Shown: positions 1 to 12,905 of the stretch, piece by piece
Layout: each line of letters begins with the position of its first letter
Position numbering within the stretch: the stretch's first letter is position 1
Source: Eledone cirrhosa
Lineage: Eukaryota
Reading direction: 5' to 3'
NCBI GenBank assembly: GCA_964016885.1
Contig: OZ024746.1
Location: forward strand, 99,944,001-100,008,000
Length of the DNA stretch: 64,000 nt
Translations under genes and position numbers: made by a program
The notes under the pieces: model-generated
Told to the model about the DNA's origin: nothing
Database searches by the model: none
What the model saw: the letters and a program-made list of their open reading frames with translations, nothing else

Positions 1-3000
1 TATATACTATTGTAACCCTTTACCATTACATTACTCTATATATACTATAGTAACCCTTTACTATTACATTACTCTATATATACTATTGTAACCCTTTACC
101 ATTACATTACTCTATATATACTATAGTAACCCTTTACCATTACATTACTCTATATATACTATAGTAACCCTTTACCATTACATTACTCTATATATTCTAT
201 TGTAACCCTTTACCATTACATTACTCTATATATACTATAGTAACCCTTTACCATTACATTACTCTATATATTCTATTGTAACCCTTTACCATTACATTAC
301 TCTATATATACTATAGTAACCCTTTACTATTACATTACTCTATATATACTATAGTAACCCATTACCATTACATTACTCTATATATACTATAGTAACGCTT
401 TACCATTACATTACTCTATATATTCTATTGTAACCCTTTACCATTATATTACTCTATATATACTATAGTAACCCTTTACTATTACATTACTCTATATATA
501 CTATAGTAACCCTTTACCATTACATTACTCTATATATACTATAGTAACCCTTTACCATTACATTACTCTATATATACTATTGTAACCCTTTACCACTACA
601 TTACTCTATATATACTATTGTACCCCTTTACTATTACATTATTCTATATATTCTATTGTAACCCTTTACCATTACATTACTCTATATATATACTATTGTA
701 ACCCTTTACTACTACATTACTTTATATATTCTATTGTAACCCTTTACCATTACATTACTCTATATATACTATGGTAACCGTTTACCATGACATTACTCTA
801 TATATACTATTGTAACCCTTTACTACTACATTACTTTATATATTCTATTGTAACCCTTTACCATTACATTACTCTATATATAGTATTGTAACCCTTTACC
901 ATTACATTACTCTATATATTCTATTGTAACCCTTTACCATTTACATTACTCTATATATTCTATTGTAACCCTTTACCATTACATTACTCTATATATACTA
1001 TAGTAACCTTTACCATTACATTACTCTATATATACTATAGTAACCCGTTACCATTATATTACTCTATATATACTATTGTAACCCTTTACCATTTACATTA
1101 CTCTATATATTCTATTGTAACCCTTTACCATTTACATTACTCTATATATTCTATTGTAACCCTTTACCACTACATTACTCTATATATATACTATTGTAGC
1201 CCTTTACCACTACATTACTCTATATATACTATTGTAACCCTTTACAATTACATTACTCTATATATACTATAGTAACCCTTTACCATTACATTACTCTATA
1301 TATTCTATTGTAACCCTTTACCATTACATTACTCTATATATACTATAGTAACCCTTTACCATTACATTACTCTATATATTCTATTGTAACCCTTTACCAT
1401 TACATTACTCTATATATACTATAGTAACCCTTTACCATTACATTACTCTATATATTCTATTGTAACCCTTTACTATTACATTACTCTATATATTCTATAG
1501 TGACACTTTACCATTACATTACTCTATATATTCTATTGTAACCCTTTACCATTACATTACTCTATATATACTATAGTAATCCTTTACCATTACATTACTC
1601 TATATATACTATAGTAACCCTTTACTATTACATTACTCTATATATACTATTGTAACCCTTTACTATTACATTAATCTATATATACTATTGTAACCCTTTA
1701 CCACTACATTACTCTATATATACTATTGTAACCCTTTACCATTACATTACTCTATATATACTATAGTAACCCTTTACTATTACATTACTCTATATATACT
1801 ATTGTAACCCTTTACCATTACATTACTCTATATATACTATAGTAACCCTTTACCATTACATTACTCTATATATACTATAGTAACCCTTTACCATTACATT
1901 ACTCTATATATTCTATTGTAACCCTTTACCATTACATTACTCTATATATACTATAGTAACCCTTTACCATTACATTACTCTATATATTCTATTGTAACCC
2001 TTTACCATTACATTACTCTATATATACTATAGTAACCCTTTACTATTACATTACTCTATATATACTATAGTAACCCATTACCATTACATTACTCTATATA
2101 TACTATAGTAACGCTTTACCATTACATTACTCTATATATTCTATTGTAACCCTTTACCATTATATTACTCTATATATACTATAGTAACCCTTTACTATTA
2201 CATTACTCTATATATACTATAGTAACCCTTTACCATTACATTACTCTATATATACTATAGTAACCCTTTACCATTACATTACTCTATATATACTATTGTA
2301 ACCCTTTACCACTACATTACTCTATATATACTATTGTACCCCTTTACTATTACATTATTCTATATATTCTATTGTAACCCTTTACCATTACATTACTCTA
2401 TATATATACTATTGTAACCCTTTACTACTACATTACTTTATATATTCTATTGTAACCCTTTACCATTACATTACTCTATATATACTATTGTAACCCTTTA
2501 CCATTACATTACTCTATATATACTATAGTAACCCTTTACTATTACATTACTCTATATATTCTATTGTAACCCTTTACCATTACATTACTCTATATATACT
2601 ATAGTAACCCTTTACCACTACATTACTCTATATATACTATTGTAACCCTTTACCATTACATTACTCTATATATATACTATAGTAACCCTTTACCATTACA
2701 TTACTCTATATATTCTATTGTAACCCTTTACCATTACATTACTCTATATATACTATAGTAATCCTTTACCATTACATTACTCTATATATTCTATTGTAAC
2801 CCTTTACCATTACATTACTCTATATATTCTATTGTAACCCTTTACCACTACATTACTCTATATATTCTATTGTAACCCTTTACCATTACATTACTCTATA
2901 TATACTATAGTAACCCTTTACCATTACATTACTCTATATATTCTATTGTAACCGTTTACCATTACATTACTCTATATATACTATAGTAACCCTTTACCAT

Positions 3001-4745
3001 TACATTATTCTATATATATACTATTGTAACCCTTTACTACTACATTACTTTATATATTCTATTGTAACCCTTTACCATTACATTACTTTATATATATACT
3101 ATTGTAACCCTTTACCATTACATTACTCTATATATACTATAGTAACCCTTTACTATTACATTACTCTATATATACTATTGTAACCCTTTACCATTACATT
3201 ACTCTATATATACTATAGTAACCCTTTACCATTACATTACTGTATATATACTATAGTAACCCTTTACTATTACATTACTCTATATATTCTATAGTGACCC
3301 TTTACCATTACATTACTCTATATATTCTATTGTAACCCTTTACCATTACATTACTCTATATATACTATAGTAATCCTTTACCATTACATTACTCTATATA
3401 TACTATAGTAACCCTTTACTATTACATTACTCTATATATACTATTGTAACCCTTTACTATTACATTAATCTATATATACTATTGTAACCCTTTACCACTA
3501 CATTACTCTATATATACTATTGTAACCCTTTACCATTACATTACTCTATATATACTATAGTAACCCTTTACTATTACATTACTCTATATATACTATTGTA
3601 ACCCTTTACCATTACATTACTCTATATATACTATAGTAACCCTTTACCATTACATTACTCTATATATACTATAGTAACCCTTTACCATTACATTACTCTA
3701 TATATACTATAGTAACCCTTTACCATTACATTACTCTATATATTCTATTGTAACCCTTTACCATTACATTACTCTATATATACTATAGTAACCCTTTACC
3801 ATTACATTACTCTATATATTCTATTGTAACCCTTTACCATTACATTACTCTATATATACTATAGTAACCCTTTACTATTACATTACTCTATATATACTAT
3901 AGTAACCCTTTACCATTACATTACTCTATATATACTATAGTAACCCTTTACCATTACATTACTCTATATATTCTATTGTAGCCCTTTACCACTACATTAC
4001 TCTATATATTCTATTGTAACCCTTTACTACTACATTACTTTATATATACTATTGTAACCCTTTACTACTACATTACTTTATATTTTCTATTGTGACCCTT
4101 TACCATTACATTAATTTATATATATACTATTGTAACCCTTTACCATTACATTACTCTATATATACTATAGTAACCCTTTACTATTACATTACTCTATATA
4201 TACTATAGTAACCCTTTACCATTACATTACTCTATATATACTATAGTAACCCTTTACCATTACATTACTCTATATATTCTATTGTAACCCTTTACCACTA
4301 CATTACTCTATATATACTATTGTAACCCTTTACTATTACATTACTCTATATATTCTATTGTAACCCTTTACCATTACATTACTCTATATATATACTATTG
4401 TAACCCTTTACTACTAGATTACTTTATATATTCTATTGTAACCCTTTACCATTACATTACTCTATATATACTATTGTAACCCTTTACCATTACATTACTC
4501 TATATATTCTATTGTAACCCTTTACCATTTACATTACTCTATATATTCTATTGTAACCCTTTACCATTACATTACTCTATATATACTATTGTAACCTTTA
4601 CCATTACATTACTCTATATATACTATAGTAACCCTTTACCATTATATTACTCTATATATACTATTGTAACCCTTTACCATTTACATTACTCTATATATTC
4701 TATTGTAACCCTTTACCATTTATATTACTCTATATATTCTATTAT
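1..4745. repeat. 38-bp AT-rich satellite (TATATACTAT[T/A]GTAACCCTTTACCATTACATTACTCTA), at least ~120 copies, runs off the window start
   Basis: Direct period of 38; the unit equals one terminus of the TTAA MITE whose body follows at 4745-4924. Confidence 0.97.
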
Positions 4746-4924
4746 ATTTTCACAATAAAGTCTTTACCTCACATAATATTGAATGGATGAGATTTTGATA
4801 TTATTTATTTTGAGAACAATACCTTGACATAAATATGAGCAGCAGGTTATGGTTGGTCTGAACAGAAAGAGTTGAGAGAATTCTGTCTGGCTGGATACGG
4901 CTGGTTTAAATGCTAAAGGGTTAA
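4704..4924 (-). mobile_element. piggyBac-like MITE copy continuous with the 38-bp satellite
   Basis: Ends in ATGCTAAAGGG-TTAA; body homologous to the copies at 7299, 8857, 9090, 9580 and 15375. Confidence 0.8.
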
Positions 4925-5219
4925 TATATTCTTCTAACAAAATTGTGCTTCAAAAAATTAATTTGTTTCAGTTTCACTTACTGGCAAGACATGTCAGTTA
5001 TGAAGCCATTTTTCCTCAATGCTATCATTTCTAAATGGATAAATATAATCACATTCATCTAACTAGGTATTAGATTTTCTAAAAAAAAAAAAAAAAAATC
5101 AATGAAACCAATCAGATTCAATACTCAACTCACAAGATATTGGTTAAGGGTATTTGGAAAGAATGTTGCTAAAGAGAGCAACACAAACAGAAAATAAATT
5201 AGTACACTTTGAAATATAC

Positions 5220-5277
5220 CTGCATGTAAGATATTACAGTGTTTGTGCCTTTTCCTCGCGGAGTTTGATTTTGAGGC
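5220..5277 (-). CDS. Myosin exon H, end of loop 2 (PQNQTPRGKGTNTVISYMQ)
   Basis: poly-T tract plus ggtcag| acceptor and |gtatat donor; 58 bp, phase 2 to 0; TVISYMQ corresponds to the TV..YF motif preceding the actin-binding helix; the gene continues beyond the window start. Confidence 0.78.
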
Positions 5278-5460
5278 CTGACCATAACGAAAAAAAAAAA
5301 AAAAAAAAAACATTTGGAATTAATCGACTTCAGATATGTAAATCTAAAATTAACAAAAATAAGCAATAGACACTTCAGATTCTTTAGTAAAATCACTTAA
5401 ATGTAAAATTGAAAATTTGCTATTTATCATAAACTGAATTGAACTGAAGCCAAAACTTAC

Positions 5461-5553
5461 GAGTAAGCGCTGACCTCAGAAATTCTGGAATTATATTCTT
5501 TGATATTCCCTATACCTGATTCCTCTCCTGTATTCTTTAGAGTGTTTATGCAT
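5461..5553 (-). CDS. Myosin loop-2 region exon G (CINTLKNTGEESGIGNIKEYNSRISEVSAY)
   Basis: ttttcag| acceptor and |gtaagt donor; 93 bp, phase 2 to 2, open in the required frame; variable loop with no conserved motif. Confidence 0.72.
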
Positions 5554-5769
5554 CTGAAAAACAATTAAAAATGTATTTTATTTGAGAATGTTAACAGTTA
5601 AGTCAAAGTCAAATTGAAGAGATGACATTTCTGTCTACAATAACTTGAATATGTTTAGAATGAATGTTCTGAATATGTAACACCTATTCATGAATTTAAA
5701 TCCAGCATTAACCTGTTGACTGCTGTGTATATTTTACACAGCTACAGTTGCTGTGCTCCTTCCAGCAGG

Positions 5770-6052
5770 TCCTATTAGAAGCAACCATTTCCAACCAAGC
5801 TCATGGATATTACCCAACGATCTTGCTTAGGTTCTTCCCTTGGATCTCTTGCTGGCTGGTTTTGCCCGTAAAATCTGTCCAGTGATTCTTTCCTGAGACC
5901 TTCTAACTCTATGCCTATAGTGCTAGAGCTGTGATCTCTCTGATCTCTGAGCTCCGCATTCTATCAAGTAATATTACTTCAAAGACCCTTTGGATGAATT
6001 CCATTTTGGCCGCTTGTATTCGTGATTGTATTCTTTTGGTCATTACCCAAGA
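5770..6052 (-). mobile_element. Decayed RTE-clade LINE ORF2 C-terminal fragment
   Basis: Minus-strand translation SWVMTKRIQSRIQAAKMEFIQRV resembles the RTE 'W......RIQA.EM.F.RR' motif. Confidence 0.65.
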
Positions 6053-6134
6053 TTTTAACCACATGCCTATAGTGTCTGTGATACTTTATTTTCATAAATA
6101 GACTTAAGAGACAGAAAAAAATTTGATTACTCAC

Positions 6135-6277
6135 CCTACAATTGATCCTGTTAAATCTCGATCAGCTTTGAAAAGTCTAGAAAAGAATGTATTTCTGCTC
6201 TGTTTTGCATACATTTTCAGATCATAGCATATTTCATCTCTATTCTTTATCAGGAAAGAATCAATTGCATAGGTCAC
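6135..6277 (-). CDS. Myosin motor domain exon F (VTYAIDSFLIKNRDEICYDLKMYAKQSRNTFFSRLFKADRDLTGSIV)
   Basis: tttgtag| acceptor and |gtgagt donor; 143 bp, phase 0 to 2; V.Y....FL.KNRD motif. Confidence 0.93.
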
Positions 6278-6499
6278 CTACAAATATTTATGAAAAATAT
6301 TTTAAATGCTTTTATAAAGAAACTATTTAGTTGATAGGTCATTAATGTGCAAGAAACAGAGTAACATATCCAAAACTTGGGGCATATTAAATTTTACTTG
6401 TTTAGGTAAAGGAGAGCTCATCAGTACACACATTGAGAGTGTGGTCAACCAGAAAAATTCAAAGATATTCTTCTTATCATGTCCACAAGAGTGTCAGCT

Positions 6500-6950
6500 A
6501 CAAAGCTTGACCAGATATGGTTCCGCAACAACTGAACACATTGTTGTCCTTTCTCATTAAACTCTGCCAAGTCCAATGTTGTGCAGGGGTGTTCCAGCAG
6601 GGGTCATATTAGGAAGTGCTGCGTAGTCTGTGGTTTGATGCCTCAGTCACACACAATGTCTCCTTCCTTTAAATATCCCCATTTTGCTAGATTGGCTTTT
6701 GCATAACCAACACCAGATCTTAGTCTGTTGAGGCATTTCCACACTGCATAGTTTGTATCTGCTCTGGGAGGCAATGCCTCGCTCACCTTTAGCTCCATTG
6801 TTGTTACAGATGGGTGTTCAGTTTTTCTTCCCAGTAAGTAACTCTTTCATTACTTATGCTTGATGTTCCAAGGAGTGTGATGCTGTTTAAGAAACATTTT
6901 CTGGATTTAAGGCGGCTTTTGGCTGGCACATGAAGCGCATAAACAATGAT
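6500..6950 (-). mobile_element. Decayed Ingi/Vingi-like (I-group) LINE C-terminal fragment
   Basis: Minus-strand translation SRLKSRKCF...LPPRADTNYAVWKCLNRLRSGVGYAKANLAKWGY...CD*G..QTTQHFLI*P, a broken CCHC knuckle with stops. Confidence 0.62.
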
Positions 6951-7049
6951 ATAATGACAGCTAGCTGATTCAGAAGTCACCTTTTAATATGGGTTCCACG
7001 TCACTCTTGGGACTGCACCCCATGGACAACACCCCAAAAACATTTCCGC

Positions 7050-7255
7050 TAACAATGGCCAGTGACAGTCCAAGTATATCTGCGGTCTCAACAGTGGCCG
7101 GTACGAAGAGGAAGTAACAGGACAATCCCTGGTATTTGTTAATCTTCCTTTCCTCTGCATTGCGGGCTACAGTAGAGGGGTTTGTGGCTGAAGCAACAAG
7201 TTGGAGTTGGAGGCAGAGAACATGTCACAACATGTGACATCCCAGATGAGGGATC
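7050..7255 (-). mobile_element. Decayed CRE-like non-LTR restriction-like endonuclease fragment
   Basis: Minus-strand translation LIWDVTCCD...VARNAEERKINKYQGLSCYFLFVPATVETADILG (frameshifted). Confidence 0.6.
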
Positions 7256-7298
7256 AAATTATCATTTTTTTAAATCAATTTATATTTCCTTAAGTAGA

Positions 7299-7882
7299 TT
7301 AACCCTTTAGCATCTAAACCAGCTGTATCCCATCAGAATTCTCTCACCTCTTTCTGTTCAAACCGGCCATAACCGGCCACTCATACCCACATTAAGGTAG
7401 TGTTCTCAAAATAAATAATATCAAAATCTCATAGATTCGATATTATGTGAGATAATTATGTGAGATAAATCCTTCACTATGAAGATATAATAGTATATAT
7501 AGAGTAATGTAAAGGCACATGGCTTAGTGGTTAGATCATTGGCTTGCAAACGGAAGGTTCTGAGTTCAATTCTCGGACTGGGAGATGTGTTGTGTCCATG
7601 AGCAAGACACTGTATTTCACGTTGTTCCAGTTTACTCAGCTGTAGAAATGAGTTGCGACATCACAGGTGCCAAGTTGTATCGGCCATAGCCTTTCCCTTG
7701 GACAACATTGGTGGCATGGAAAGGAGAGGCTTGTATGTATGGGTGACTGTTGGTCTTCCACAAACAAGCTTACCCGGACTTGTGCCTCGGAGGGGAACTC
7801 TCTAGGTGCAAATTCCATGGTCATTCATGACTGAAGGGGGTCTTTAAAAAAATATATAGTAATGTAAATGCTAAAGGGTTAA
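7299..7882 (+). mobile_element. Complete piggyBac-like MITE (TTAA-CCCTTTAGCAT...ATGCTAAAGGG-TTAA) interrupted by a SINE
   Basis: 11-bp TIRs flanked by TTAA on both sides. Confidence 0.85.
7514..7850 (+). mobile_element. tRNA-derived CORE-type SINE (octopus OR-like)
   Basis: A box TGGCTTAGTGG, B box GAGTTCAATTC, CORE-like TGTGTCCATGAGCAAGACAC...CAGCTGTAGAAATG; direct repeat AGTAATGTAAA at 7503-7513 and 7858-7868 (TSD). Confidence 0.85.
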
Positions 7883-8013
7883 GAAAAATACAATATTCCT
7901 CCAAGGACCATGTTCTACATGTTTTAAATTCTGAATCACACTTCAGTCAATAGTTTATAACATGAGATGGCATTAACAGGAAATAAATAAGCAAAGAAAT
8001 AAGAAGAGATTAC

Positions 8014-8175
8014 CTTTCCAGCAAAATGTTTAATAGTGAAAAATCCATTGGTATCATTTATTTCATAGCATTTATGTTCTTTAAAGGAATTATTTAACTT
8101 TGTGAGCAATGTATTGTTGTTGGCTTCAGGGAAATGTGTTTCTTCATCAATTATGGAAAACAATGTGGTTGGTGA
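8014..8175 (-). CDS. Myosin motor domain exon E (SPTTLFSIIDEETHFPEANNNTLL...FTIKHFAGK)
   Basis: acattag| acceptor and |gtaatc donor; 162 bp, phase 0 to 0; LDEE..FP and F.I.H(F/Y)AG motifs. Confidence 0.93.
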
Positions 8176-8856
8176 CTAATGTATTAGAAAAGGAAAAAGT
8201 TGATATGCTAAATAAAAATAAACCAAATGAAAAGTAAAGCAAAAATAATGTGAAGAGCTACCTAAAATATGATTCCTCTCTGTAGACATATTTTCTTAAA
8301 AAGTAAAAGTATTTTTAATAATATGTTAATAATTTGAAATTTCATCTATACTTATCTTCTGTAGTGATATGTAGTTACTAACTCTTGTAATTAAAGTATA
8401 GGACCATTAGAACACAAACAATAAGACTGATCTAAAGAGAATTAGTCAATTCTATTAAAAACAGACAAAAGCCAGTTTTATGAAATAAAATCACCCATTT
8501 TAAAGGTTTCCAATTTGTATTAAAATCTTCCAACATAATTTTATATAAGAACCTTATTATCTTAGTAATGAAATGATTAATAATTTTGTAAATCCCTCAA
8601 ATGTTTTCATTAATCAATTAAATTAGAGTATATTTCATTAGAAATACAGTCATGAAAAGGTAAAGACAGGTTTGTTACATTTTCAATAATCTAACAAACA
8701 TAGATTATAAGGACTCCCAGCACCCATGCCACCACCTGAAGAATAATTGCAGGTGATATTTTTATAACTTAGCTGAATGGTCATTGGGTAGGAGAGTCTC
8801 ACTCTCACCTGAAATGTCTCTTATTTGTAATGTTTCTATCTAGACAACCCTTTAGA

Positions 8857-8986
8857 TTAACCCTTTAGCATTTAAACCATCAAAATCTCATAGATTCAAT
8901 TTTATGTGAGATAATTATGTAAGATAAAGCCTTTACCGTGAAAATACAAAAGTAAATATAGAGTAATGTAAATGCTAATGGGTTAA
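8857..8986 (+). mobile_element. Internally deleted piggyBac-like MITE copy
   Basis: TTAACCCTTTAGCATT...AATGCTAATGGGTTAA. Confidence 0.75.
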
Positions 8987-9089
8987 AGTCATATATTACA
9001 CTTCAGTAAGTTGAATAGAGTCTTAGCAAGTAAGCTACACTTTAACCATTTTGATACCAATCTACTCAAAACCACCTCAAAACTACCCA

Positions 9090-9304
9090 TTTTAACCGAC
9101 CATATCTGGCCAGAATTCTCTCGCCTGTTTCTGTTCTAACCGGCCATAACTGGTCACTCATACTTATGTTAAGGTATTGTTCTCAAAATAAATAACATCA
9201 AAATCTCATAGATTCAATATAATGTGAGATAATTATATAAGATGAAACCTTTACCGTGAAAATACAATAGTAAATATAGAGTAATGTGAATATGAAAGGC
9301 TTAA
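9090..9304 (+). mobile_element. piggyBac-like MITE copy with degraded ends
   Basis: Body homologous to the 7299 copy; flanked by a ~34-bp direct repeat TTAACCATTTT(G/A)ATACCA...CAAAACCAC at 9042 and 9301. Confidence 0.7.
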
Positions 9305-9579
9305 CCATTTTAATACCAGCCTACTCAAAACCACTCATTTTAAAGGGTTCTTACTTAAATGGAAACTTCCATCATAATATTATATAAGAACATTTTTTAA
9401 TGTTACAAAAGACATCTTGATAAAATTATAGTTTTAGAAAATACATCCCAAATTCTTCAGAAATTAATTGAAATATAAATTATTTCATTTGATATACAGA
9501 AATGAAAGTAATGATGGTTGACATATTTAACAGCATCTCATCTCTAAGTTGCACTTCAGCAATTATAGGATTTTACAAG

Positions 9580-9795
9580 TTAATCCTTTACCATTTACAT
9601 TACTCTATATTTACTACTGTATCTCCACAGTAAAGTCTTTACCTCACATAATATTGAATCTATGAGATTTTGATATAATTTATTTTGTGAACAATACCTT
9701 AACATAAGTATGAGTGACCAGTTATGACCGGTTTGAACAGAAAGAGGTGAAAGAATTCTGGCCAGATATGGCTAGTTTAAATGCTAAATGGTTAA
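9580..9795 (-). mobile_element. Complete piggyBac-like MITE copy, reverse orientation
   Basis: TTAATCCTTTACCATTT...AAATGCTAAATGGTTAA; collinear with 4704-4924. Confidence 0.8.
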
Positions 9796-10156
9796 TATAG
9801 CAAACAAAATCTATGCACAACTAGCAAGTTCTCCAAAATAAATTATCCAAAACTGTTTACCCTCAGGTCTCAAATAGTTGTTCAGATCTATTCCAACCCA
9901 CCCACTTATTAAATTTTGCTAATCTATCTCTGGCAAAATTTTATTTTAAATAACACAAACACTTAAGAGTATGAAGTAGTAACAGCAGCTAAAAGGCAAA
10001 CTGAACAGCAAGGTTTAAAACGTTGTATATACAAAATTAAATGTAGTTTGTGACCTTCTGTAGCTTACATTTTACTTTAGAGTCATTGAACTACAAACAA
10101 ATCACACAAACAAATTAGTACATGGTCAAGATGTTTAGCTTTGGAATCATATCTAG

Positions 10157-10812
10157 CATGTTAATGTTGAGTTACAAATAATCATGTGAAGGTGTGTGGC
10201 TTAGTGGTTAGTGCATTAAGCTCACAATCGTGAAGTTGTGAGTTTGAATCCCAGACTGGGCAGTGTATTGTGTTTTTGAGCAAACACTTAATTTCATTGC
10301 TCCAGTTTACTCATCTGTAGAAGTCAGTTGCAACATCACTGGTGCCAAGCTGTATCGGCCATTGCCTTTCCCTTGGACAACATTGGTGACATGGAAAGGA
10401 GGGATTGGTATGCATGGGCGATTGCTGGTCTTCCACAATCACACTATCAGGCATGTTAATGTTGAATTACAACTAATCATGTGAAGGTATGTGGTTTAGT
10501 GGTTAGAGCATTGAGCTTACAATCATAAGGTTGTGAGTTTGAATACTGGACAGTGCAGTGCATTGTGCTCTTAAGCAAGATACTTTATTTCACGTTGATC
10601 CAGTTCACTCAGCTGTAGAAATGAGCTGTGATGTCACTGGTGCTAAGCTGTATTGGCTATTGCCTTTCCTTTGGACAACATTGGTGACATGCAGAGGGGA
10701 CTGACATGCATGACCGACTGCTGGTCTTCCACAAACACACCTTACTCAGGCTTGTGCCTCAGAGGGGAACTTTCTAGGTGCAAAACCCATGGTCATTCAT
10801 GATCAAAGGGGG
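10157..10812 (+). mobile_element. Tandem pair of CORE-type SINEs (truncated copy ~10190-10440, full copy ~10484-10812)
   Basis: Both homologous to the 7514 SINE; both preceded by the same ~33-bp flank GCATGTTAATGTTGA..TAATCATGTGAAGG. Confidence 0.85.
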
Positions 10813-11029
10813 CCTACGATATCAACCAATCATATAATTTCCTGATGTCACTTTTATAATCCTAAGCTAGATATAAGTCTCAGCAATTTCCAGTATGGTT
10901 GATTTTCAGTATACAATTCCATATAATCAGTTTGCAGCTTCTACACACTATCAGCATTTACAAAGTCCCCTCTAAATTTCAAACTACAAAAAAAAAAGGG
11001 ATGATTGAAATTTTGTCAGAATATTAAAA

Positions 11030-11240
11030 GCTTGCCAGGCTGAGGAGGGCAAACTGTCACAGTATCAGCCACTCACTGATAGGTTTGTGGAGACTTCCAG
11101 CATTCTTGGGCTCCAGACCACATCCCTGTGCACTGTTATCAGAGTGGAGCTGGCTGCCAACAGATGCAGGCCCCATGAGGTGGGGCTGATTGTTCCACAG
11201 GGGCAATGCATTGTCCATCCTGTTGGCAGGGAACCAGAGG
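11030..11240 (+). mobile_element. Decayed CRE-like endonuclease C-terminal fragment
   Basis: Translations QAEEGKLSQYQPL, VETSSILG and HRGNALSIL match the AE..K..KY / VET.G..G / QRGNA.SI pattern. Confidence 0.55.
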
Positions 11241-11518
11241 TGGAGGGTAAGTTAGATGGAGGTGGAGGATACTCGTTTGGGCATCACACATTTACATATA
11301 CTTCATATGAAAATTGATAGCTTTTGTGTGATCTAAACCATTAGGAATTAATTATTGTCCTTCACAGTTGTTGAGCTTTAACACAAACCAAAATTTATTT
11401 TATCTACTTTCATTATTCACTTGACAATTAAGTGTGGAAAATCATGTTTAAAATATTATATTTTTACATTTTGACAATTTAAGTGTAAAAAATCATGATT
11501 AAAATATTATATTTTTAC

Positions 11519-11750
11519 ATTTTCAAACAAATTAAGTATTCCTTCATTGCTTTGGTAATTGATATTGTTAAAGGTTAATTGCACTTCTTCCTCCTTATAG
11601 AGTTCAATTTCAAGACTGAAAATGTGTTTTTCAAGGTAGATCTGCAACTTTTCATTTGTGAAATTAATGACAAACTGTTCAAAGCTGTTGTTATTTAACC
11701 TTTCAAATCCAGACATGTCCAAAATATTAATGGAGCTCATTTTTTCAGTC
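11519..11750 (-). CDS. Myosin motor domain exon D with switch II and relay helix (ILDMSGFERLNNNSFEQFVINFTNEKLQ...)
   Basis: tttttag| acceptor and |gtaaaa donor; 232 bp, phase 2 to 0; matches the DxxGFE..NSFEQ..IN.TNEKLQ consensus. Confidence 0.95.
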
Positions 11751-11834
11751 CTAAAAATAAATGTTTATGAATTGGCAAATATTAGTTGTAAATAAAAGTA
11801 GAGTCTTGTAAGAAATAATAAAGAGGTAGACTAA

Positions 11835-12042
11835 TATAAGAAGGTCAGCTGAAAAGTTAATAGGCTGACTATGAAGGAGTGATGCTAGAGCTGTGAAATC
11901 TTGCATGAATTAATTTCAACCTTCATATCAAGAACTGCAATGTTTCTTTCTAGAGACTATATTGAAAATAAACTTTATTTTATTTTCAATATTCCTTAAG
12001 AGTATCTTGGTCAGCCTATGAACTTTGTAACCAATCCTCAAA
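11835..12042 (+). mobile_element. Mariner-like MITE
   Basis: Imperfect TIRs CTGAAAAGTTAATAGGCTGAC / GTCAGCCTATGAACTTT; second copy at 21367. Confidence 0.65.
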
Positions 12043-12224
12043 TACACACAAACACACACATATATATATGTATAATTCAAATTAAAAGATATATGTATAA
12101 AGAGAGAGAGAGAGGGGGGGGGGGGAGAGCCATATATAGTATGTGGTTTATATATGTACAAAATACTATGAGTTTCTTAAACAATATATGGCTCTTTATC
12201 TCTCTATATATATACATATATTAT

Positions 12225-12454
12225 GCTGGTTCCACAAAACATCCAGCCTACACTGTAAAGTGGTCGTGTAAAAGACAGCAAAAAGCACTCAGCACACACT
12301 GTAAATGTGGTTGGCGTTAGGAAGGGCATCTAACCATAGAAAACCAGCGAGAAACAGTCCTATATGAGTGAGACATGGTCACTTGACCCAACTTGCCTCT
12401 AACCCATCTAACTCATGCTAGCGTGGAAGATAGACGTTAATCAATGATGATGAT
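12225..12454 (+). mobile_element. RTE 3' UTR fragment with (GAT)n tail
   Basis: Homologous (reverse) to the RTE 3' ends at 16870 and 19391; ends GACGTTAATCAATGATGATGAT. Confidence 0.75.
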
Positions 12455-12905
12455 ATCTTTTAATTTGAATTATTGATGCTCAGAGCAAATGTCCATTGAG
12501 CTTTTCTACTGAAAAACATAATCATCACACATATTATATATGTTGTGATACCTTAAATTAGTGTGTGTGTGTATATATATATTACATATATGTATTTATA
12601 TATATTGTTAAGGTGATAAACCGCCATTGCTACACACGTGCACACAAGTACAATATTTTTGTTTTCCAACACCTTCTCCCACACAAACACACAAATTCTG
12701 ACTACCATGGCATCCCTACAAAATCTGACATTCCTCAGCATGGTGACATCAGCCATATTCACTGAACCAGAACACTCCAATTTTTCTCTTCTTCTCTCAC
12801 TTTCTGACCATCCATTTTTGGTGCTAAAATTACTATGCGTGATCCTGTGACTGTCTCCTACATACAAAATGGTAAATAGCAATTTTGAGCGACTTTTTTG
12901 GTGTG

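Noticed and set aside
1-4745. Telomeric repeat (TAACCC within the unit)
   Set aside because: A single TAACCC per 38-bp unit, explained by the MITE terminal inverted repeat.
7514-7590. tRNA gene
   Set aside because: A and B boxes are present but continue into a SINE core and tail with a TSD; no convincing cloverleaf.
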